Virus record (IMG/VR): IMGVR_UViG_3300043178_000146
Coordinates: 1-27,066 of that record
Length of the DNA stretch: 27,066 nucleotides
Direction: 5' to 3' (one strand)
Source of the DNA: a virus
Lineage: Duplodnaviria > Caudoviricetes
Of this stretch, positions 8,714-16,110 are shown one piece after another. Position 1 is the first letter of the stretch; every line of letters starts with the position of its first letter. A program made the translations under genes and the position numbers. Under the pieces are notes generated by a model. That model did not search any database and was not told the DNA's origin. It saw only the letters and a list, made by a program, of their open reading frames with translations.

Positions 8714-8741
8714 TTAATAAGTAATATTTATCATAATTTTA
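8649..8741 (-). repeat. Copy 2 of 93-nt promoter + N-terminal leader cassette
   Basis: Encodes MMMLKFVASRISNKYVLSAKID; minus-strand TATGAT at 8730..8735 aligns with TATAAT of copy 1. Confidence 0.85.
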
Positions 8742-8756
8742 GTTAAAATTATGATA
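8729..8756. promoter_or_regulatory. Perfect inverted repeat (13-bp arms) between divergent kinase and AAA ATPase genes
   Basis: tatcataatttta-gt-taaaattatgata; gives a TATGAT -10-like hexamer on each strand. Confidence 0.7.
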
Positions 8757-8778
8757 CCTTTGGACATAATAGGAATTC

Positions 8779-10278
8779 ATGATATCAAAAGTCGCCGCGT
8801 TTTTGTCTTCTTTATCGGGACAGGAATACCATTTACCTCCTCAAATTTCGAATCTAGTCAATTTCGCTTTGGATAGTTATTTCGCCAAGAGCGAGGAATA
8901 CGCCAAGAAACAGGCTGAGAAATATGTTCCTCAACCTCCAGCCGATATCCTGGCTTATGAATTGTTCTTGAAATGTGACTCGTTATTGTTCAAGAATATC
9001 AGTGAAAAGTATCCCTCTTATTTGCGCAATCAGTATACTTATGCATTTTTCAAATTGATGAGTTCAGGGTCGTATGAAATCGTGCCGTTCGTAGAAAAAT
9101 TGGATTTTTTCCAAGAACTAAAGCGCTATGAGCGATTCAATACGCATTACAATCAGATAAATATTGATCTCGGTGAGTCCGTGACGGTTCCCGTTTATGG
9201 GACATATTTTGTCATCAATAAACGTCACAATATTCCATTGATCACCGAATTCGATTTTTGTCATATGAATCCATACGCATGTTTGATTCAATTGAAGGTA
9301 AATCCGAAAGATGAAGCGTGCATTCAAGAGTTTTTGGATGATTTTCGCCATTCCGTGATGGTGAATGACATTTATATGAAGAAATGTCTTGAATATACCC
9401 GAGGATTTCTCGATTTTAAACGAGCCAAATCTACGACCTGGAATGACATTGTGCTCAAACCCGATTTGATCGAGAAAATTCGCATCAATACTATCGAGGT
9501 GCTCTATAATATGAGCACATTGCAATCACTCGGAATGATTCCAACCCGGAATGTCTTGCTAGTGTCCCCACCCGGAATGGCGAAAACGACGATTTTCAGT
9601 GCGATAAACAATGAAACTGCCGGAAAATGTACCAAAATTTGGTGCACCGGCAAGTCTTTGACTTATGCAGAGGACGTTACGGGTTTATATCAGGCCGCCA
9701 AATCGCTTGCGCCGTGCGTCGTATTCATAGAAGATATGGATTTGTTCGGTGAAAACAGATTTATCGGCGGCAACAACAAATTGCTCAATGAATTTTTGGC
9801 ATGTCTTGAAGATAATGTCGGAGTAGTAACTATGGCATCAACCAATGCCATTGAATCTTTGGATATGGCCCTGGTCGATCGGCCGGGTCGATTTGATTTG
9901 AAAGTCTTGATTCCGTATCCCGATGCACCGGATCGAGCCAAAATGATTCAATTGTTTTGCAATCAGCTTCATGCTAAGCCGGATGCCTCGGTGACCCAGG
10001 AGACATGGAAAAACGTTCTAGGAATGACTGAAGGTCTCACCGGGGCATACATCAAAGAATTGATCAAATCTGCGGTTCTGAATGCGGCGTCTAAAGCGCG
10101 GGTGACCGGGAAAATGGTTATATTCAATTCCGATGATTTGATCCGGGCAACCGAGCAAGTCATGGATGATTATAAAACCGGCCAAGAGGCACTTCGTAAG
10201 CAAAAAGTCAGGATCCCGACATATGCTTCAGGGGGTATAGACGAGGATGTGTATCCATTAGCCAAGGCAATAAATTAA
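8779..10278 (+). CDS. AAA+ ATPase (classic AAA clade) with non-canonical Walker A
   Basis: NVLLVSPPGMAKTT (Walker A), APCVVFIEDMD (Walker B), ASTN..LDMALVDRPGRFD (SRH), TEGLTGAYIKEL lid; SD AGGA at 8771. Confidence 0.92.
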   Translation: MISKVAAFLSSLSGQEYHLPPQISNLVNFALDSYFAKSEEYAKKQAEKYVPQPPADILAYELFLKCDSLLFKNISEKYPSYLRNQYTYAFFKLMSSGSYEIVPFVEKLDFFQELKRYERFNTHYNQINIDLGESVTVPVYGTYFVINKRHNIPLITEFDFCHMNPYACLIQLKVNPKDEACIQEFLDDFRHSVMVNDIYMKKCLEYTRGFLDFKRAKSTTWNDIVLKPDLIEKIRINTIEVLYNMSTLQSLGMIPTRNVLLVSPPGMAKTTIFSAINNETAGKCTKIWCTGKSLTYAEDVTGLYQAAKSLAPCVVFIEDMDLFGENRFIGGNNKLLNEFLACLEDNVGVVTMASTNAIESLDMALVDRPGRFDLKVLIPYPDAPDRAKMIQLFCNQLHAKPDASVTQETWKNVLGMTEGLTGAYIKELIKSAVLNAASKARVTGKMVIFNSDDLIRATEQVMDDYKTGQEALRKQKVRIPTYASGGIDEDVYPLAKAIN

Positions 10279-10312
10279 GTTCTTGATACCTTATCAAACA
10301 CAGAGGAAACCC

Positions 10313-10837
10313 ATGAATCATGAATCAATAGTTTCGGATCTTGTCGCTTCATCTCGCCGGTTGGCTGGCATGACCCCGGAATCATCCCAGGAAGAGGCTA
10401 TAAAGCGAACCGTGGATGGTATGAAGCGGCAAGTTGACGTTATCCGGGAGCAAATGGGGGAAGCCCAAAAAGGGTCATTTGTCAAGGATACTATGGCAGA
10501 TGATATAGATGCCCTGAAGCATCAAATGCAGGTATTACACCATGCTGCCGAGCGTCCGGCCAGAAATTATCAGAAAATCATCTCTATTATTGCAGGCGTC
10601 AATCGTCTTCTCGATGCCGTGTCCCGGGCCGAAAATGCCCATCTCCGGCCTCGAGCGGTTCAAGTAGCCACTAAGATAGCCGGGATATTCGCGGAAGTTG
10701 ACACGGCCGAAGACTTGGATGTGCCGTTAGAAAAAATAGAGACTGCCGTACATAAATTATATAATAATGGCAAGTTGAATGATCCGAAGTCATATAACTT
10801 CAGTCAGACTGGAAGAGGGCATCATTCCAAGGATTGA
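10313..10837 (+). CDS. Hypothetical helical/coiled-coil protein
   Basis: ATG 10313 preceded by AGAGGA; track start at 10283 is TTG. Confidence 0.7.
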   Translation: MNHESIVSDLVASSRRLAGMTPESSQEEAIKRTVDGMKRQVDVIREQMGEAQKGSFVKDTMADDIDALKHQMQVLHHAAERPARNYQKIISIIAGVNRLLDAVSRAENAHLRPRAVQVATKIAGIFAEVDTAEDLDVPLEKIETAVHKLYNNGKLNDPKSYNFSQTGRGHHSKD

Positions 10838-10848
10838 TGTAAATATTT

Positions 10849-11097
10849 TTGAATCTTTCAAAGTTAATATTCAGGATAGCTGGAAAAGTCAGTCTTCAAC
10901 CTGGTTATGCCTATAAATTAGATAGAGATAGTGGGGATTGGGTTGTGAAACCCGTTCCGCAAGAAGTAATCTCGATTTCCAAGGAAATAGGCCATTTGGT
11001 CATAAGGGGCGAGGAAACTGTTGTATTTGAAACTCCGGATGGGGATCAATGGGCAATGAAGAATATTGCGGGTCACACTGATGTAGAAGTTGATTGA
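10849..11097 (+). CDS. Hypothetical protein, 82 aa
   Basis: Fills the gap between 10837 and the convergent HNH gene; N-terminus NLSKLIFRIAG; TTG start uncertain. Confidence 0.6.
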   Translation: MNLSKLIFRIAGKVSLQPGYAYKLDRDSGDWVVKPVPQEVISISKEIGHLVIRGEETVVFETPDGDQWAMKNIAGHTDVEVD

Positions 11098-11400
11098 TCA
11101 GGTGGCACTGGCTCGATTCTGCCTTCTTTGTTTCCAAATTCTGAGTCGTCCACAATTGGCGCAAACCAGATCTTTGGATTGTAATTCGTTCATGATTCTG
11201 TTTTTTGATTTGAGCAACAACCTGGAGATGCGTTGTGATTTACCTGATTTGTTTACGAAATCCATTTGGCAGTTATGAAATTTGTTACCGCAATCTGAGC
11301 ATGCGTTGCTTTTGATATTATTGATTAGTTCTATGGATTCGAATCGTCGTCTCAATACTTGCTGGCGTCTCGCGGCTTTTCGTTTTTCTTTATATTCCAT
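11098..11400 (-). CDS. Degenerate HNH-endonuclease-like protein
   Basis: CSDCG...MDFVN...NEL...LVCANCGR matches the neighbouring CxDC...DFDH...CANCHR pattern but lacks both His residues. Confidence 0.7.
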   Translation of the reverse strand: MEYKEKRKAARRQQVLRRRFESIELINNIKSNACSDCGNKFHNCQMDFVNKSGKSQRISRLLLKSKNRIMNELQSKDLVCANCGRLRIWKQRRQNRASAT

Positions 11401-11408
11401 GGGAAAAA

Positions 11409-13355
11409 CTATACATTATTAAATATCCAGCGTTTTTTGCCAAGGTCCCAAATTTTATAATATCCCTGTTCGGTTCTGAGTTTGTGTTCGGTACATTGCG
11501 TTCCTGCAGGTTTTCTGAGGCCTGATTTATGATATCTGGTCTTATTTTTTACCCAGTAATAATCTGGCGGGATTTCCCCGTCGAATTTAAACCCCATCTT
11601 TTCATAAACTTTTCCGGAAAATAATCTGTTGTCAGAGAAAGAAACTAAAGATCCCGGATTATTATCTTTAACAAATTTTTTCAACAATTTAGACCAAATA
11701 CCGTGAACCCTGTATTTCGGGTCAGATGCCATTCGGACTAGTTCAAAATCATATTTGGAAGTTTGTCTGGTGGGACGTTTGAAAGCAATGCATGCAATGA
11801 GTTGATTTTCGAAAAACACCCCATAATTCAATCGAGCTTTACATTTCCCGATATAATGAAATTTTTCGAAAAATTCATCGGCCTGATTTAATGGAACCGA
11901 TTGTATCTGGCATTTATTCGGCCTGAGGTTGATACTGATAGTTTTGTTCAATCTGTTTTTCAAAAATTCCATCACACGCGTTTTCGATTTTCTCCATTCA
12001 TCTTCGAAAATGGCTACATAATCATATCCGGCCATGGTGGCGGACTTATATTTTTCTTTATCTCTCTTTCTCGCTTCTGGCGTGCCGTGCCATTTCAAAC
12101 CATGAAACTCTATGATAAGTTTTGATTCCGGAACGAAGATATCATATTTTCTGTCATTGATTTTATATTCGAGAATAGTTTCGAGTCCGATATTTTGCAA
12201 GTTTGAAGTTATTTCCCTTTGGGCGAGGGAAATCTGGTTTGCTGTGCATCCGCATGTAAGTGATTCACCATTTTTGATGTCATGAAATCTTGGATAATAG
12301 ATTGACTTACAAATTGGACAAACAGCTTTGAATGGGTCATTGACATTATCAATAGGCTCTAATGCTTCGATCCCTCCCAATATCAAACCCGGTTGAATCG
12401 GGCATTGAAATTGTTTTAATAATTCTTTATTTATCAGATACCAGTCCCAAATTTTGTCACGACATCTTCCACAACTACGGGTTTTTCCATTGAATACTGA
12501 ACAAGCTCCAATTAGACATTCATTTCCGCAATCACAAATCCAAACATATTTCTTTTCAGCGAAACGTTTGATAGCTATTGGTATTTTGATTTTCAATCTT
12601 CCAAATTTTTTAGTTTGCAATTCTTCAGCAGTGATTAAATTGCAGTTGCCACAAGTTTGTTTTCGATTTCCAAAAATATTTCGTATTTTTTCCAGATTTC
12701 GTTTCCCGCATTTGCAGATAAAAAATAACTTTTGTGTCGAATTTGTATTTATGGTTGTAAATTCATCATCATAAATGAATTTATTGATAATATCTCCCTT
12801 TTTGATTATTTGTTCAGAGCATTTGCCACAAGTTGAAGTTCCGCTCGTAAATCTGTTGAATTTTCTTTGATAAAATTTTCCGCATTGGCATTTGAAAGTA
12901 AATATTCGGTTTGTGCCAATACTCCACAATGCCGGCAAATCAGAATTAACTAGTTCTGGAATTTCTGATAACCATGATTCTGCTGATTTGACCAAATATT
13001 TATTATTATGTTTATTTTTGAAAACTTTTCTTAAGCAACCGCAACTTTTGGTGGCGCCTTTAATAACATTATATAATTTGATTTTTTTGATAGTGCCGCA
13101 TTGACATTTCCAAGTTAATTGTTCGGTAAGTTTGGTTATGTCTTGTAAAGGATTAATCAATGTCAATAATCCGAATTGAGTTTGATTTGATTTTTTCCAT
13201 AGATATAATTGACATGATCCACAAGTTTTAGTTTTCCCTAACGAATAATTTGACCAAGAAGTATAAAAGGTATTTCCACATGAACATGCAAATTTGATTT
13301 GATTTTTAGAATATTTTGCAGCCGGCAACTCTTGGTTTGAATCAGGGAATATCAT
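11409..13355 (-). CDS. Hef-like homing endonuclease: multiple CxCG...SCG Zn repeats + PD-(D/E)XK nuclease + GNAT-like domain
   Basis: About 6 F/WxCxCG...G.TK(S/T)CG repeats; YDIFVPESKLIIEFHGLKWH..IFEDEW; FHYIG..ELVRMAS..GIWSKLLK..SFSDNRLFSGKVYEKMGF..IWDLGKKRW. Confidence 0.8.
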   Translation of the reverse strand: MIFPDSNQELPAAKYSKNQIKFACSCGNTFYTSWSNYSLGKTKTCGSCQLYLWKKSNQTQFGLLTLINPLQDITKLTEQLTWKCQCGTIKKIKLYNVIKGATKSCGCLRKVFKNKHNNKYLVKSAESWLSEIPELVNSDLPALWSIGTNRIFTFKCQCGKFYQRKFNRFTSGTSTCGKCSEQIIKKGDIINKFIYDDEFTTINTNSTQKLFFICKCGKRNLEKIRNIFGNRKQTCGNCNLITAEELQTKKFGRLKIKIPIAIKRFAEKKYVWICDCGNECLIGACSVFNGKTRSCGRCRDKIWDWYLINKELLKQFQCPIQPGLILGGIEALEPIDNVNDPFKAVCPICKSIYYPRFHDIKNGESLTCGCTANQISLAQREITSNLQNIGLETILEYKINDRKYDIFVPESKLIIEFHGLKWHGTPEARKRDKEKYKSATMAGYDYVAIFEDEWRKSKTRVMEFLKNRLNKTISINLRPNKCQIQSVPLNQADEFFEKFHYIGKCKARLNYGVFFENQLIACIAFKRPTRQTSKYDFELVRMASDPKYRVHGIWSKLLKKFVKDNNPGSLVSFSDNRLFSGKVYEKMGFKFDGEIPPDYYWVKNKTRYHKSGLRKPAGTQCTEHKLRTEQGYYKIWDLGKKRWIFNNV

Positions 13356-13370
13356 TTGGTTAATTCTTAA

Positions 13371-13381
13371 ATTTTATCACC
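13371..13381 (-). promoter_or_regulatory. Extended -10 promoter-like motif GGTGATAAAAT
   Basis: 15 nt upstream of ATG 13355; identical 11-mer precedes the 14305 gene. Confidence 0.55.
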
Positions 13382-13399
13382 GGAAAAATTGAAGTCAAG

Positions 13400-14305
13400 C
13401 TATTCAATATTCTGAAATTGTCTTACGTGTGTTTTGATCCTATGACAATTGGCACATCTCAATTCACATTTTGATATTTCATTTAAAATGTATTGTTCTG
13501 AATAGTTACTTCCTTTTAGCTGTGATATTGTATCAAATTTTTTAAACTCCGGCTTGTGATCAAAATCAAGTTGCCAATATCTGAATGTTTCTTTACAATC
13601 GATGCATTGTTTGTTATCTTTTAAAGAACGAACGAACTTCATTATTTTCTGTAAACTATTTCTTTTATACACATACATTTGTTCTTGATTTATAAATCTA
13701 TAAACAAAACTTTCAATACGTTTACAAATTTTACATATTTCTTTGAAGTTATTTCTTTTATTCACCCATGAAAATTCATCCAACGATTTATATAATTTAC
13801 ATTTAGCGCAATGTTTACCTTTGATTGAAAAATTTTCTATATAATTTAAGTTAATATCTTGATTCTGATATAAAGTAGTCATATTATTTGATTTAATAAA
13901 TTCCCTTTTTGGTTCAGTTCTTTGACTTGATTTTAACTCTTGGGTTTTGTTTCGGTGACAATTTGCACATCTCAATTGACATTTTTTTATTTCTTCGAGA
14001 ATTTTGTTCCAGCTTTCATTATAAGCATCTTTAATGCAAAATGATTTGTTATTCAAATGATCAAAATCCATGACATAATATGGATAAAATTGTTTGCAAT
14101 CTGAACAAACATGAGTACCCTTGAGTGATTGAATAAATTGCTTTACTTTTCTTCGATATCTTGATTTTCTTTTGTAGTTGCCATTTTCATTGCAAATTTT
14201 GGATTTTCGTTTATTGAAGCATAATCGGCAACGTTTACCACTGGATTTAGTAAAATTTAATGTTGATTCTTCACAATCAATGCAAATCTTTGGTTTATCA
14301 ATCAT
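13400..14305 (-). CDS. HNH endonuclease with two tandem HNH modules and Zn fingers
   Basis: CSDC..MDFDH..EEIKKCQLRCANCHRNKT and CIDC..LDFDH..NEISKCELRCANCHRIKT, each preceded by CxxC...CxxC. Confidence 0.88.
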   Translation of the reverse strand: MIDKPKICIDCEESTLNFTKSSGKRCRLCFNKRKSKICNENGNYKRKSRYRRKVKQFIQSLKGTHVCSDCKQFYPYYVMDFDHLNNKSFCIKDAYNESWNKILEEIKKCQLRCANCHRNKTQELKSSQRTEPKREFIKSNNMTTLYQNQDINLNYIENFSIKGKHCAKCKLYKSLDEFSWVNKRNNFKEICKICKRIESFVYRFINQEQMYVYKRNSLQKIMKFVRSLKDNKQCIDCKETFRYWQLDFDHKPEFKKFDTISQLKGSNYSEQYILNEISKCELRCANCHRIKTHVRQFQNIE

Positions 14306-14311
14306 TCTTGG

Positions 14312-14322
14312 ATTTTATCACC
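14312..14322 (-). promoter_or_regulatory. Extended -10 promoter-like motif GGTGATAAAAT, leaderless spacing
   Basis: TAAAAT ends 6 nt before ATG 14305; no SD. Confidence 0.55.
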
Positions 14323-14418
14323 AAAGAAATCAAATATTTAAAAATGATGTTTGAATAACATGTAATTATATTAGTTATTTGTTTATTAAAGATTTTTGAT
14401 GACGGTAGGAGAAAAATA

Positions 14419-15147
14419 ATGGCAAGAGTCGAGGGTACATACATATACCGACAGGGCGCTTCACCAAACACGCGTGTTGCAATCAGTCAAAAGAACCGGG
14501 TTTTTTCAAAACCATTTTCAGTCTCAAATCCAGCCCTATTTAGACAAGTTGGGGTGTTATCTACATTTGATTATACAGAATCCAGGGCAATTGATCCTGT
14601 CAGGGGTGTTGGTTTCGGCGATAGGATTCAAGAGTTAGTGCCCGGCGTGACTGAGCCTATGGGTTTAACTTTAAATCGGACTTTGCTATATACTGCCAAT
14701 ATCATGCAGGAGATTGGTTATCGAGCCGGAGTTGATGGTCTTGTCAGATCACTTCGTCATCATAAATGGCCATTTGATATTCGTTCTGAGTTGGTATTCT
14801 CCGAATTAGTCACGAATTTTGATCAATCACATTTCGGTCAACGCGTTAATGGTAAAGGCCCGATTATTATCGGATCTGGTGAAGATCAGATTCGTAATAA
14901 CGTGGCATTACTTACGTATTTCGAAGCTTGTTGGCTGGAAAACGTATCTATCAGTTTTCCATCAGATTCTGCAATTGTTATGGAAGATGCCGGGGCCAAG
15001 GCTACGGACGTGACTGATGGCCTGCACAGCCCTGGTGTTGATTACACCGATATTATTGATTCCGGTAATGACCCGATCACCAATCCGGGATCTGGTTCTC
15101 GTCTCTTTGGCACTGATGGTGTTCCGGCTCTTGAAATAACAGCATAG
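14419..15147 (+). CDS. Major tail tube protein
   Basis: QVGVLSTF..ESRAIDPVRGVGFGD.IQELVPG..LTLNRTLLY..PFDI..TYFEACWL..SISF..IVMED pattern typical of large-myovirus tubes; strong SD AGGAG at 14407..14411; position before chaperones and tape measure. Confidence 0.82.
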   Translation: MARVEGTYIYRQGASPNTRVAISQKNRVFSKPFSVSNPALFRQVGVLSTFDYTESRAIDPVRGVGFGDRIQELVPGVTEPMGLTLNRTLLYTANIMQEIGYRAGVDGLVRSLRHHKWPFDIRSELVFSELVTNFDQSHFGQRVNGKGPIIIGSGEDQIRNNVALLTYFEACWLENVSISFPSDSAIVMEDAGAKATDVTDGLHSPGVDYTDIIDSGNDPITNPGSGSRLFGTDGVPALEITA

Positions 15148-15162
15148 TTGGTATCGTCCGTC

Positions 15163-16077
15163 ATGGACGATGATTTTTTCAAATCTATCGATGAGAGACT
15201 ATCCAATATTGGCCGGGATGAAACTTGGAAGCGTAAAATTGCCGGCCGGGATATTTGGTTTGCTCCCATAAGTAGAAATAACCAGTCAATTATAGATGAA
15301 ATTTTGAATAAAGGCGACTTGGGCATTCAGTATTTGAACGAAGCCAAAAAACATAATTTGTCTTATGCCATTGTCGGTGTCGATGATATAGATTTGAGAC
15401 AAATCAAAGAATTTTATGTCACCGACTTGAAGGAAAAGAAAAAGCTCCAAGTATCACGCGAGAAATATCTATACCATAAAATTGGAGATTGGGGTACTCA
15501 GTTTGTCGATGACGTATTCAAAGTATTTGCGGATTTGATGACAGCGCATGAGAAAAAGAATCTCAAAGATGTCTCGTTCGAGAATACTAAAGATCCGTTA
15601 GAAGAACTTTCCGAGCTCGAATCCCGGGTAGCAGAGCTACGAGAACAACTCAAACTTCCTCCATTGGTTGTCAAAAATCAAACCGAAGAAACCAAAGCTC
15701 TCGAGCAAGCCGTCAGCGAATCCGACTCTGAGCCAGGTTCTGATTTCAATCCATTCAAGACAGTAAAGCAACCAGAAGTTGGAACTGAGCCAATTCAGAA
15801 ACCGTTTGTCAATATGGAAAACGTCGAAATCGATGCTTCTTTGAGAAATCAACAATTAACTCCTGTTGATGTCAAACAGAGAGTCCAAAAGCGTTCAACT
15901 GAATATGCACAAATCGAAAATCTGGATCAAGAACAGGTGATCGAAAAAAAGCCGATTCCGGTTGCCAATCCGAACATTCTAGATAAGCATCTTGAGCGCA
16001 AGGAAGTTGAACCTCCGGTTCTGGATCCGAGACCGTCACATCAGAGCCGTAATCCAAGATTTTCTCCACCGAGATAA
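15163..16077 (+). CDS. Probable tail assembly chaperone with low-complexity C-terminal half
   Basis: Synteny between tube and tape measure; LSYAIVGVDDIDL..IGDWG..VDDVFKVF; ATG 15163 preferred over TTG 15148. Confidence 0.55.
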   Translation: MDDDFFKSIDERLSNIGRDETWKRKIAGRDIWFAPISRNNQSIIDEILNKGDLGIQYLNEAKKHNLSYAIVGVDDIDLRQIKEFYVTDLKEKKKLQVSREKYLYHKIGDWGTQFVDDVFKVFADLMTAHEKKNLKDVSFENTKDPLEELSELESRVAELREQLKLPPLVVKNQTEETKALEQAVSESDSEPGSDFNPFKTVKQPEVGTEPIQKPFVNMENVEIDASLRNQQLTPVDVKQRVQKRSTEYAQIENLDQEQVIEKKPIPVANPNILDKHLERKEVEPPVLDPRPSHQSRNPRFSPPR

Positions 16078-16110
16078 AGATATAAATTCACATAACTCGG
16101 CATATGTTGA

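Noticed and set aside
11098-14305. Group I intron or intein hosting the nuclease genes
   Set aside because: Flanking genes appear complete, the nucleases are free-standing and antisense to the tail genes, and I saw no intein splice motifs
15945-15986. Canonical slippery heptamer A AAA AAG in the first chaperone gene, suggesting a lambda G/GT-type -1 frameshift
   Set aside because: The -1 frame stops at 15984..15986, and the next gene is in the same frame as the first behind three stop codons, so no fusion is possible
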